Below are positions 1 through 8,765 of a DNA stretch of 64,000 nucleotides, in pieces (the first letter of the stretch is position 1; every line of letters begins with the position of its first letter). The notes below the pieces were generated by a model. The model was given only the letters and a program-made list of their open reading frames with translations. It had not been told where the DNA came from and did no database searches. The stretch comes from an uncultured virus (IMG/VR IMGVR_UViG_3300047157_000170). Taxonomy: Duplodnaviria; Heunggongvirae; Uroviricota; Caudoviricetes. The translations under genes and the position numbers were made by a program. Location of the stretch: the IMG/VR virus record IMGVR_UViG_3300047157_000170; one strand, given 5' to 3'.

Positions 1-2
1 AT

Positions 3-170
3 ATCGATGGTGGTGTCTTTAGTCTACCATCTGGACATCCTATGATACAACATACTGCAACATCGGATGTAAAATGGAAAGAATTTTGGCAAGAACAATA
101 TGATGCTGGTGCATTCTCATCTGAGAATGAAGCACTATATGATGCAATCAGAGTAGATATCTACTCATAA
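3..170 (+). CDS. 3' end of hypothetical protein (truncated by window start)
   Basis: Open frame IDGGVFSLPSGHP...RVDIYS ending TAA at 168-170, directly before the next ATG. Confidence 0.6.
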   Translation: MDGGVFSLPSGHPMIQHTATSDVKWKEFWQEQYDAGAFSSENEALYDAIRVDIYS

Positions 171-172
171 AA

Positions 173-602
173 ATGTCAGACAAAGAACATATCTTAAAAC
201 TTGCACGAGGAGATATTGCTCTTATCGTAAATAATGAAGATGGATGGTTTAGTAAAATGGCAATTGCGTTTGCAGATGACCATGACAATCCAGTTCAAAT
301 TAATCAAGAGTGGTTATCACTTTATAAAGCAGTCACACATCTTTCAATGATATGTGATACTTACTTAAGAAGTCGTCAAAATCTTATGCAAGAGGATGGT
401 TCAGACCTTCTACAAGAACAAGAATGGAATGCAGATATGTTAGACCCTTTTGTCTTAAAAGACTATCTATCGGACTTAGGTTATTCCACCCCCACCAGAA
501 CTTCAAAAAGAAGTTGATGCATTTGAAGAAGACCAATTAGAAAAGAAAAAATCTAAGGGAAATGTTATAGACTTATTTACTAAAAATAAACTTGATTCGT
601 AG
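173..602 (+). CDS. Hypothetical protein, probably frameshifted by an indel near 490
   Basis: ORF 173..517; after the CCACCCCCACC run another frame continues PELQKEVDAFEEDQLEKKKSKGNVIDLFTKNKLDS to TAG at 600-602. Confidence 0.6.
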
Positions 603-621
603 GTACATTATTTGGTATAAT
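592..621 (+). promoter_or_regulatory. Sigma70-type early promoter
   Basis: TTGATT-N18-TATAAT upstream of ORF 657; the spacer shares GTAGGTACATT with the promoter at 16021. Confidence 0.7.
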
Positions 622-656
622 AGTTTAAATTTATTACAATATGAAAGGAATATATT

Positions 657-1004
657 ATGGAAAAACGAAAGTCACCTTATGACATAACACCACAGGAAAT
701 GTTATATGCAGAAATTGGTAGAGAAATCTCTAAGTATGCAGAAAAACAAAAAACCACATCACTACGATTCAGTAGAAAACTATTCGAAACAGATAGAAAA
801 GGAAGTGCAGAGGATGATGTATGGAATCATATGTTATCTGCATGTGATAAACTAACTCGTATCGGTACACTTTGGGGCCCTCAAGATACTTCATGTCTCA
901 ATGAGAAAGAAAGAATTATTGTCAAGGCACAACTAAGGAAAAGAGAGAATGACAGAAAGAGAAGAGAAAGAGTTGAAAGCAGAAAATCAAGTATTAAGGA
1001 ATAA
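657..1004 (+). CDS. Hypothetical protein
   Basis: 115 aa ORF with AAGGA RBS, downstream of the promoter. Confidence 0.7.
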   Translation: MEKRKSPYDITPQEMLYAEIGREISKYAEKQKTTSLRFSRKLFETDRKGSAEDDVWNHMLSACDKLTRIGTLWGPQDTSCLNEKERIIVKAQLRKRENDRKRRERVESRKSSIKE

Positions 1005-1086
1005 TGTCAAAGATTTAGAACGACAACTCCATGATGCATATAAAAGGATTAATGAACTAAATGAAAGTAACCAATGTAGACAATAG
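949..1086 (+). CDS. Small coiled-coil hypothetical protein (45 aa)
   Basis: MTEREEKELKAENQVLRNNVKDLERQLHDAYKRINEL...; fills the gap between ORFs 657 and 1061; not in the ORF track. Confidence 0.5.
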   Translation: MTEREEKELKAENQVLRNNVKDLERQLHDAYKRINELNESNQCRQ

Positions 1087-1945
1087 TGGTAATGATATCC
1101 ATCTAATTGAAGATGTTGTATCTGATGCAGATACAGTTGGTTGGTACTATGGATTTATGTTGTGGGGCAAATGGAATAAGAGTCAAATATTCTATAACCA
1201 AAATCCACCAATAGTTGCAATGGATACTGATATTCAATATGCAACTTATACTACCCCAGATGCACAACAAAAAGTTGACCCATCGATGGTTACAGGAACT
1301 AAAGAAAAACTAAGTTGGTTCATAAATGTATCTAAAATAGAAAACTGTTATCATTATCAAACATCAAAGAATCAAAACAAAGTAGAAGGTTTGACTGCTG
1401 ACAATATCAAAATTACAGAGGATATAAGTGCAGAACCATTTAAAGTAGGTAACTATGAAGTTACTCAACAAATGATTGATGATAATCCAGATGTATTTAA
1501 AACAATAGGTCTAAATGATGAAAGGATGTCTGCTGGAGTATATTCAATGCATCCAGAGATAAGAAGACTTGCAAATGAAATATATGATGTCTACAGACCA
1601 CATTGTGAAGAGGTAATCGGAAGAAAGTTTAAGAAAGAATATACTAATGGTTATTTAAATAGAAATATGTTTGGTGACACTGTATGGACTCATGCTGACC
1701 CATTTGATTATACTTTGGTAGTTTATTTAAATCCAGAGTCATATGATTTAAGAAAATGGGGTGGTGAAACATTATTCTTTAATGATGATATAACTTTTTC
1801 TAGAGGTGCTGTTGCACCAAAAGGTAATACTGCATGTTTGTTTAAGAGTGACATCCCACATAAAGTTACTAGTGTATCATGGGAAGCAGATTTTGATAGA
1901 CTTGCAATAACTTACTACTTGGAATATGATGATACTAGAGAGTAA
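1061..1945 (+). CDS. 2OG-Fe(II) oxygenase (prolyl-hydroxylase-like)
   Basis: HAD...VYLN...WGGETLF...IPHKV...R motifs (HxD...H triad plus 2OG-binding Arg). Confidence 0.85.
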   Translation: MKVTNVDNSGNDIHLIEDVVSDADTVGWYYGFMLWGKWNKSQIFYNQNPPIVAMDTDIQYATYTTPDAQQKVDPSMVTGTKEKLSWFINVSKIENCYHYQTSKNQNKVEGLTADNIKITEDISAEPFKVGNYEVTQQMIDDNPDVFKTIGLNDERMSAGVYSMHPEIRRLANEIYDVYRPHCEEVIGRKFKKEYTNGYLNRNMFGDTVWTHADPFDYTLVVYLNPESYDLRKWGGETLFFNDDITFSRGAVAPKGNTACLFKSDIPHKVTSVSWEADFDRLAITYYLEYDDTRE

Positions 1946-2516
1946 AAAAGAAATACCAAATACTCCAATAAAGATATTTGATATACCAACTTACATTAGA
2001 ACAGAAATAGATGGTATGGTCAAAGAAAGTATTAAATGGAAAAACCATCCACTGGGTGAATTAAAAGCAAGTGAGAATGCAGCTTATAAACATCCAGAAC
2101 ATGGTAAAGAGTATAATACATTTCAATGTAGTATAAGTCCAAGATTGATTGAAGAATCATTAATGATGCCTTGGATAACAAGACTTGCACAAATTCATTT
2201 TGCACCAGAATATCATCATCGTTCAGTAAGATTTAAAAGGATGTTAGGTCATTTTGATGGATATGAAATATGGACAAACTTCTCTAACAAAGGAGATAGT
2301 AATCCAAGACATGACCATGGTGGTTGGTTATCTGGTGTAATATATTATAAGAATCATGGTCATCCTACATACTTTAATGGTCTTGATGTAGAGTATGAAG
2401 GTAAAGATAGTACTATGATATTGTTCCCATCTAATACAGTACATTCATGTAAAGAACAAACAGAGGATGAAGAAAGAATAACACTTGCATTCAATTTAAC
2501 ACTGGAAGAAATATGA
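1926..2516 (+). CDS. Putative 2OG-Fe(II) oxygenase (TIGR02466-like)
   Basis: W.N....GDSNPRHDH...LSGVIY...LFPSNTVH...ERITLAFN. Confidence 0.85.
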   Translation: MMILESKKEIPNTPIKIFDIPTYIRTEIDGMVKESIKWKNHPLGELKASENAAYKHPEHGKEYNTFQCSISPRLIEESLMMPWITRLAQIHFAPEYHHRSVRFKRMLGHFDGYEIWTNFSNKGDSNPRHDHGGWLSGVIYYKNHGHPTYFNGLDVEYEGKDSTMILFPSNTVHSCKEQTEDEERITLAFNLTLEEI

Positions 2517-3316
2517 TAATAAAAAACATAGATGCACTAGGAGAAGAAATCTTTTGGATAGATGAAGTAGTTCCAGAACCCTTAGTCCAAACTTGGTGGG
2601 GTAATGTAGTCAATTATGGTAAATGGGATAAAGGATTCCTTGCATATGGTGGTAATCCACCACATCCTAGTATGGACAAAAGTGGAGACCCTAATCTACA
2701 AAACTCAATTAGAAGTACAGGTTCTTTTAGTACAGATATAACAGGAACAAAAGAAAGACAAACATGGTACATGAATGTATCAAGAAGTCGAGAAGCATTT
2801 AAAGAAGCAGCTACTAAAGCATATAAAAAAATAGAGGATGGTAATGAACCTTATTGGGAAGACCCAGAAGTAAATGAGAAGGCAGAAGAGACTGGTTTTG
2901 GATTGCAAGAACATCAATTTAACCATCACCCAATGATTCATCAAACTGTAGATATGATATGGGCTATGTATAAAAATAGTTTTGAAGAAGCACTAGGGAA
3001 AGAAATAAAAGACTATAATAATTGTTACTTGCATTCATTCCAACATGGAGATAGTAGTTGGACACATCAAGACTACATGGACTACAGTGCAATTGTATAT
3101 TTAAATCCACCTATGATGCCTTTTTGGGATTTAAGAAAATGGGGTGGAGAAACTCTGTACTGGAATGATGATTTAGATTTTGTTCGTGCATGTACAATAC
3201 CAAAAGGTGGAGCTGCATCATTGTTCAGAGGTGATATTTTCCATAAAGTGACGATGCCAAGTTGGGAAGCTGAGTTTGGTAGAAACGCTGCAACTTTTTT
3301 CTTTGACAAAAAATGA
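2513..3316 (+). CDS. 2OG-Fe(II) oxygenase, paralogue of 1061..1945
   Basis: HQD...VYLN...DLRKWGGETL...IFHKVT..SWEA.F.R. Confidence 0.85.
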   Translation: MIIKNIDALGEEIFWIDEVVPEPLVQTWWGNVVNYGKWDKGFLAYGGNPPHPSMDKSGDPNLQNSIRSTGSFSTDITGTKERQTWYMNVSRSREAFKEAATKAYKKIEDGNEPYWEDPEVNEKAEETGFGLQEHQFNHHPMIHQTVDMIWAMYKNSFEEALGKEIKDYNNCYLHSFQHGDSSWTHQDYMDYSAIVYLNPPMMPFWDLRKWGGETLYWNDDLDFVRACTIPKGGAASLFRGDIFHKVTMPSWEAEFGRNAATFFFDKK

Positions 3317-3331
3317 TTATGAGGTTATAAT
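3303..3331 (+). promoter_or_regulatory. Consensus sigma70 promoter
   Basis: TTGACA-N17-TATAAT, 7 nt before ATG 3339. Confidence 0.8.
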
Positions 3332-3338
3332 AGATACT

Positions 3339-3902
3339 ATGAATATATTTTACTTAGACAAAGACCCAAAAACATGTGCAGAAATGCATTGTGATAAACA
3401 TGTCGTCAAGATGATTATTGAGTATGCTCAATTGATGTCTACTGCACATCGTGTTCTTGATGGTGACCAATATGAAGGTAAAACTGCAAATGGTCGAAGA
3501 ATACAAAGATGGAAACATCCAATACCAGTAATGGAAAAGACATTATACAAAGCATCACATATAAAACATCCAAGTGGATTGTGGACTAGAGACTCACAAA
3601 ACCATTATAATTGGTTATATACAATGTGGACACATCTATGTGATGAATACACATATCGATATGGTAGGGTACACATGACAGATAGTAAACTTAGAGATTT
3701 ACTAGAATCACCACCTATGCAAATACCAGTGGAAACATATGTTGACCCCTATCTTGCAATGCCAGATGATGTGAAACAAAAAGATGTAGTTCAATCATAT
3801 CAAGATTACTATGTACAATACAAAAACCATCTTGCAAAGTGGACTAATAGAAGAATACCAGAATTTATGTTAATAGAAACAAACGCAGGATATGCATCAT
3901 GA
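3339..3902 (+). CDS. Pyrimidine-dimer DNA glycosylase / endonuclease V-like protein
   Basis: MNIFYLD.DP..CA..HCDKHVVKMI.EYAQL.STAH...YK.SH..HPS..W...Y..RYGR.H signature. Confidence 0.8.
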   Translation: MNIFYLDKDPKTCAEMHCDKHVVKMIIEYAQLMSTAHRVLDGDQYEGKTANGRRIQRWKHPIPVMEKTLYKASHIKHPSGLWTRDSQNHYNWLYTMWTHLCDEYTYRYGRVHMTDSKLRDLLESPPMQIPVETYVDPYLAMPDDVKQKDVVQSYQDYYVQYKNHLAKWTNRRIPEFMLIETNAGYAS

Positions 3903-4024
3903 TGGATTTAATATGGTTATATCAATTACCATTCAACATATTTGCATTTGCATTTAATTTTGGTTTTTGGTTTGCAATGGGTTACATTGCATATAGAATG
4001 GTTAGAGACCTATTGGATAGATAA
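3899..4024 (+). CDS. Small membrane protein (41 aa)
   Basis: MMDLIWLYQLPFNIFAFAFNFGFWFAMGYIAYRMVRDLLDR; ATGA and TAATG overlaps with both neighbours. Confidence 0.6.
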   Translation: MMDLIWLYQLPFNIFAFAFNFGFWFAMGYIAYRMVRDLLDR

Positions 4025-4383
4025 TGCCAACATATACTTTAGAAGATAAAGAGACAGGTGAACAACATGATGTGTTGATGACTTGGGATGACTTACAAGA
4101 ATATAAAAAAGGTAATCCAAATCTAAAACAAGTGATAACTGGTGGCCCTGCTATTGTAGGTGGTGTTGGTAATAGAACTGGATTAGGTCAGAGTGGTGGA
4201 TTCAATGAAATGTTATCTAAGGTTGCAGATGCACATCCAAGGTCAGAACTTGGGAAGAGTGTAAGACGAAGAAGTGCAAAAGAAGTTAAGACAGACCAAA
4301 TTGTCGATAAACATGTAAAGATTCAACAACAAATGAAGAAAGAAGGGAAACCTTTAAGTGGTAAGGGAAAATTAATAAAATGA
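4024..4383 (+). CDS. Conserved T4-like hypothetical protein (FmdB-like MPTY N-terminus, no Cys)
   Basis: MPTYTLEDKETGE...GFNEMLSKVADAHPRS. Confidence 0.65.
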   Translation: MPTYTLEDKETGEQHDVLMTWDDLQEYKKGNPNLKQVITGGPAIVGGVGNRTGLGQSGGFNEMLSKVADAHPRSELGKSVRRRSAKEVKTDQIVDKHVKIQQQMKKEGKPLSGKGKLIK

Positions 4384-4685
4384 TAAAAATTATGAAAAAA
4401 CTAATATTTTGGGTAGTTGATTGTTGGAGAGTTGTCATGGACAATCGATACAATCCATTGAGACACATCAAAGACCCCTCAATACAAGGATATTTTACGA
4501 TGGCATTATTTATAATGTGGTCTGGTTATTTTGGTGTAGTTGCATTACATTACATGAATTGGATAGGATATAGTATTGTCTGGTCAATTATTATTCACAT
4601 GGCAGTCCTTATTCCAATTATGATAACTAATGCAGTATTTGAACAAGCAGAAAAAGATGGTGCAAACTGGGTGAAAAGACGATGA
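4380..4685 (+). CDS. Hypothetical membrane protein
   Basis: DNRYNPLRHI followed by two hydrophobic segments. Confidence 0.7.
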   Translation: MIKIMKKLIFWVVDCWRVVMDNRYNPLRHIKDPSIQGYFTMALFIMWSGYFGVVALHYMNWIGYSIVWSIIIHMAVLIPIMITNAVFEQAEKDGANWVKRR

Positions 4686-5270
4686 AAAAACAATTACATG
4701 ATTACGAAGGATACACTGCATTTGAAAGACATCAGATAGGTGAGAACAAAATTGAAGGTGCAGAATTCCAAGATGTGGATTTGCAAGGTTATGAAATTAA
4801 TGGTAACTCAGTACCAGCATTTTACTACATGACAAACGCAGGATGGGTTGTTGAAGATGAAGTAGGATTCTCTGGTTGGAAAGTTGTCGAAGGTGAAGGT
4901 CTTGGTACTAATGATAAAGGTAAACCTAGATTATCTACTGTATGGGAAACATCATGGTGGCATTCCATAGAACCAAATGTCCCTAGAAAATTAGTTGGTG
5001 GCCCCTTTCAGAGCTGCAATTGGTGATTATACTTTAGGTATTAATGCACTATTCTATTTACATAAGTTTTGTCCAATCATAGACTACAGAGTCACATATG
5101 ATAAAGCAGTAAAAATTGGTGAGGTTATGGAAAACCTAGTGACAGATGTATCTATACACAATGGACAAATGCAACAAGAATGTGTTCAAAGAATTTATGG
5201 GACTGATAAGATTGTAGGACATTGTTGGACTAACCATCATGTCCCAGAAGATAAGAAAGATGAAGTTTGA
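4682..5270 (+). CDS. Hypothetical protein split by a probable indel near 5001
   Basis: ORFs 4682..5026 and 4995..5270 overlap at a GGCCCC run. Confidence 0.55.
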
Positions 5271-5571
5271 TTATAGACCATTATGTACTGGACTAACTCT
5301 CAAGGAAAGTCCAATAGATGGAATAGGTCTATTTGCAACAGAGGATTTCAAAGCAGGAATCTTTTTAGGTGAAACCCATATATGGGAAGAACGAAGAAGA
5401 GATTGGATTAGAACACCATTAGGTGGATTTATAAACCATTCAGAAGACCCAAATTGTTATATTAGTACAAACATCCATTATCACAATGGAGACCAAAGAG
5501 AACTATATACAATTAGACCCATACTTGAGGGTGAAGAATTAACAGTGTATTATACACTACTACAGGAGTAA
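5260..5571 (+). CDS. SET-domain protein (putative lysine methyltransferase)
   Basis: SPIDGIGLFATEDF...FINHSEDPNC...I.EGEELTVYY. Confidence 0.85.
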   Translation: MKFDYRPLCTGLTLKESPIDGIGLFATEDFKAGIFLGETHIWEERRRDWIRTPLGGFINHSEDPNCYISTNIHYHNGDQRELYTIRPILEGEELTVYYTLLQE

Positions 5572-5574
5572 ATT

Positions 5575-6129
5575 ATGGAAGGATTACAAGGATTATTTCC
5601 CATACCAATGTTCATGGGTGATATCGAAGTACCAGATATTGAAATACCTAGTTTTGAAGAATCTGAAAACAATGTGGTACGAGCAGAATATCCAGAACTT
5701 AAAGAAAAAATACTTGAGACTACAAGTGCAATGTTACAAGGTATGGGATATGTAGACCAACCATTAAAACTAAATGATATGTGGTTTAATCGTTATGATG
5801 AGAAAAGACCATTTTTGGAATATCATTATCATCAAAATTGTGCATGGACTGGAACTTATTACCCAGAGGATGCAAATCATACTACAATATTATATAATCC
5901 ACATGCAAATGTGATGCAGGCACATTATCCACAGGTATTAGAAGGTACTGCTTTTAATCAAGAACGCTTACCAGTAACAGGTTTTACCAAAGGAGCTTTA
6001 TTAATACATCCATCATGGATGGCACATCAAGTCTTATGGAATGGTGATAAACCATCACATTCAATTTCATTTGATATTGCATATCAATTACCTATTGGTG
6101 ATAAAGAGTATGGGAGTTATTCAGAATAA
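5575..6129 (+). CDS. Putative 2OG-Fe(II) oxygenase (TIGR02466-like)
   Basis: LFPIP...WFN.Y...HYH.N..WTGTYY...PSWMAHQV...SISF. Confidence 0.8.
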   Translation: MEGLQGLFPIPMFMGDIEVPDIEIPSFEESENNVVRAEYPELKEKILETTSAMLQGMGYVDQPLKLNDMWFNRYDEKRPFLEYHYHQNCAWTGTYYPEDANHTTILYNPHANVMQAHYPQVLEGTAFNQERLPVTGFTKGALLIHPSWMAHQVLWNGDKPSHSISFDIAYQLPIGDKEYGSYSE

Positions 6130-6329
6130 TGGAAGCAATATTAAACAAAGATGATTACAGAGAGTTTACTCAAAGAGTAGACATTGCAGTTTCTAAGGGT
6201 CAAGAAGTACCTCATATTGTAGAAATGATATCTGGAAATCAATTTAGAGTTACATTACTTGCAAAAGTAGATTTAGAATTGTTAGACAATATAACAAAGG
6301 ATGTAAAACCACAAAGAATATTCCCATGA
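6129..6329 (+). CDS. Hypothetical protein
   Basis: 66 aa, stop/start overlaps on both sides. Confidence 0.6.
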   Translation: MEAILNKDDYREFTQRVDIAVSKGQEVPHIVEMISGNQFRVTLLAKVDLELLDNITKDVKPQRIFP

Positions 6330-7003
6330 AGACATTTGAACTATTAGATTATGGATTTGAATCTTTACCTACAGAGAATGTAGATGGTAAGAGGTATTAC
6401 ATAACACCAACAGGTGAAAAGTATCCATCGGTTACATCGGTTACTGGACTTTTAAGTAGAGATGGTATTAAAAAATGGAGAAAGAGAGTTGGTGCTGAAA
6501 CAGCAAACAAGATTTCAACTCAAGCTGCAAGACATGGAACATCTGCACATCAACTATTTGAAGACTACATTAAGAATGATAACTTTGAAGAGAAGTTTAA
6601 AGGTGCAATGCCCACAACACAACAAGCATTCATCTCACTAGAAAAAGAACTAAACCAGATAGGAACTGTTCATGCACTTGAAGCTCCACTATACTCTCAT
6701 GAACTACAACTAGCAGGTAGGGTAGATTGTATTGCAGAGTATTTCGGTAATGAGATTTCAATCATAGATTTCAAAACAAGTAGGAAACCCAAAGAAAGAA
6801 AATGGATACAGAATTACTTTATACAGGAAACTGCATATGCAAAGATGTTTGAAGAATTGACAGGCAAGAAAGTACATTCACTTATTACTATGATTGCAGT
6901 AAGTGATGGTTCTAGTCAGTTGTTCATAGAACAACCAAATTCTGATTATGTAGACCAGCTACAAGAACTTCGTAGTCAGTATAGAACTGAGTATGGTCTT
7001 TAG
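6326..7003 (+). CDS. PD-(D/E)XK exonuclease (T4-like cyanophage exonuclease family)
   Basis: YPSVTSV...W.KRVG...GT..H...LE..LY...AGRVDCIAEY...IIDFKTS.K...Q..AY. Confidence 0.85.
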   Translation: MKTFELLDYGFESLPTENVDGKRYYITPTGEKYPSVTSVTGLLSRDGIKKWRKRVGAETANKISTQAARHGTSAHQLFEDYIKNDNFEEKFKGAMPTTQQAFISLEKELNQIGTVHALEAPLYSHELQLAGRVDCIAEYFGNEISIIDFKTSRKPKERKWIQNYFIQETAYAKMFEELTGKKVHSLITMIAVSDGSSQLFIEQPNSDYVDQLQELRSQYRTEYGL

Positions 7004-7143
7004 TAGGAATTCATTGCAAACCACATTATTAAAAATGGTAAAGCAATGGGTGCTAACATGAAGAAAGTAAAAGAAGTGATTTCTCTTATGTTCTCACATA
7101 TCTCGCATCGGTGTTCATAGATATAGTTAATAGCACGACTCAT
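7000..7143 (-). CDS. Small membrane protein (47 aa) with CxxC
   Basis: MSRAINYIYEHRCEICENIREITSFTFFMLAPIALPFLIMWFAMNSY; AGGAG RBS and a minus-strand TATAAATA at 7223-7230. Confidence 0.6.
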   Translation of the reverse strand: MSRAINYIYEHRCEICENIREITSFTFFMLAPIALPFLIMWFAMNSY

Positions 7144-7160
7144 TTTAGGTTCGTTCTCCT

Positions 7161-7168
7161 TATAAATA
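7161..7168 (+). promoter_or_regulatory. T4-type late promoter upstream of iscU
   Basis: TATAAATA. Confidence 0.6.
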
Positions 7169-7270
7169 CAGTTATGGGTTAATAAAACGATATACTATCT
7201 AGTTATAGATTTTTATCACTTATATTTATAATAGTTATAAGTTACCTTTTAAACAAATTTAAAAATAAAT

Positions 7271-7693
7271 ATGGCATATTCAAAAAAAGTAGTCGACAGA
7301 TTCGAATCGGTTCTAAATAATCCAGAAGCACATGCAGTTGGAAGGTTCGACCCTAAAGACCCTAATGTTGCAACTGGTATGGTAGGAGCTCCTGCTTGTG
7401 GTGATGTCATGAAACTTGATATAAAAATGAAAGGGGATATCATTGAAGATGTCAAATTCAAAACTTATGGATGCGGTTCTGCTATTGCATCATCGACACT
7501 TTTTGTTGAGATGCTCAGAGGTAGAACAATTGAACAGGCAAAACTCATTAAAGATAAAGAGATTGCAGATGCTCTTGAATTACCACCAATCAAACTCCAC
7601 TGTTCAGTCCTTGCAGAAGAAAGTATCAAAAAAGCAATAGAAGACTGGGAACAAAAACTCGAAAAAAGAAAACACAACAATCCACCAGACTAA
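7271..7693 (+). CDS. iscU: Fe-S cluster scaffold IscU (auxiliary metabolic gene)
   Basis: GAPACGDVMKL, FKTYGCGSAIASS, LPPIKLHCSVLAE; all three Cys and the HscA-binding LPP(V/I)K motif are present. Confidence 0.95.
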   Translation: MAYSKKVVDRFESVLNNPEAHAVGRFDPKDPNVATGMVGAPACGDVMKLDIKMKGDIIEDVKFKTYGCGSAIASSTLFVEMLRGRTIEQAKLIKDKEIADALELPPIKLHCSVLAEESIKKAIEDWEQKLEKRKHNNPPD

Positions 7694-8206
7694 ATGAAAT
7701 TAGATTATGAAGTAAGTGAGATTAGTCTTGAGGATGCTCGACCAGTCATTCAAAACAATAACGATAAAGAAGACATATTTGGAATAGATTATGCAGATGA
7801 AGTGTCTCATCATTGTTATGGGTTATTCAATAAAACTAAAATAGTCGGTGCAGTTCAATTTGTCCATCATCAAAAATATAAACATCAAAGGGTATTTCAT
7901 AAAGAACACTATGGATGTTATACAGATACATGTGAAGGATTCTATGAGTTAGCTAGACTTGCAGTAGAACCACAGGATGAACACAATATAACATCATGGT
8001 TTGTATCTCGTGCAATCAAATTATTGAATCCAAAAGTCATAGTTACAGTTGCAGAAGAAGATAAAGGTGGGACAATCTACAAAGCTACAAACTTCGAATA
8101 CTATGGGTTAAAATATGACAGAGATTACTATGAACCAGATAAACCATTTCATGTATATCTAAAAATATATGATAAAAATATAGAATGTGAGTGGAAAAAG
8201 ACTTGA
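7694..8206 (+). CDS. Mom-like GNAT-fold protein (possible DNA adenine modification)
   Basis: YGLF....VGA..F, ELARL....N..SWFVSRAI..L...IVT.A....GTIYKATNF.Y.G. Confidence 0.65.
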   Translation: MKLDYEVSEISLEDARPVIQNNNDKEDIFGIDYADEVSHHCYGLFNKTKIVGAVQFVHHQKYKHQRVFHKEHYGCYTDTCEGFYELARLAVEPQDEHNITSWFVSRAIKLLNPKVIVTVAEEDKGGTIYKATNFEYYGLKYDRDYYEPDKPFHVYLKIYDKNIECEWKKT

Positions 8207-8230
8207 CAAATACCAGTTCGATAGTATACT
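8203..8230 (+). promoter_or_regulatory. Sigma70-type promoter for the gp33-bS21-gp59 operon
   Basis: TTGACA-N16-TATACT. Confidence 0.6.
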
Positions 8231-8259
8231 AGTATAGTAATGAAAATAAAAGTGATTAT

Positions 8260-8490
8260 ATGATTTTAACCAAAAAAAGGTTTACAGAAGCAATCGAAAC
8301 TCTAGTCTTAGAGAAAGGATTAAACTACATTGATGCAATCGTGCATTATTGTGAGACCCAACATCTTGACCCAGAATCAGTAAAGAACTTAATTACTCCA
8401 CCTCTTAAACAAAAGATAGAGAGTGATGCATTATCTTACAACTTATTAAAACCAAACGCAAAGAAAGGAAAAGGCAAATTACCAATATGA
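8260..8490 (+). CDS. 33: Late transcription coactivator gp33
   Basis: F...IE.LV.E..LNYIDAIVHYCE...D.E.V..LI...LK.KIE.DA..YN.L...LPI; position upstream of gp59/gp32. Confidence 0.9.
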   Translation: MILTKKRFTEAIETLVLEKGLNYIDAIVHYCETQHLDPESVKNLITPPLKQKIESDALSYNLLKPNAKKGKGKLPI

Positions 8491-8762
8491 AGAAATTTAA
8501 TCGTACACCACAAAGACAAAAGGAATGGGATAGAAAACCAAAGAAACCATCTGGGCCACCACCATTTGATGTCTTAATGAGACGATTCAAGAAGAAGGTT
8601 GAAAGAGATGGTATTATTGCAGAAGTTCGTGAAAGACGATACTACGAAAAACCATGTGCAAAGAGACAAAAGAAAATGAATGGTTGGAAACGAAAAATTA
8701 AGATTGATAAGATTCGTGAAGAACAAGCATTGGAAGCTTACAAAAGAACCAATAGGTATTGA
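8487..8762 (+). CDS. rpsU: Phage-encoded 30S ribosomal protein bS21
   Basis: FDVLMRRFKKKVERDGIIAEVRERRYYEKP..KR core motif. Confidence 0.85.
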   Translation: MKKFNRTPQRQKEWDRKPKKPSGPPPFDVLMRRFKKKVERDGIIAEVRERRYYEKPCAKRQKKMNGWKRKIKIDKIREEQALEAYKRTNRY

Positions 8763-8765
8763 TAG

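Noticed and set aside
6326..7003. Cas4-like nuclease suggesting a CRISPR system
   Set aside because: Ordinary T4-like PD-(D/E)XK exonuclease without the Cas4 Cys cluster; no array or other cas genes
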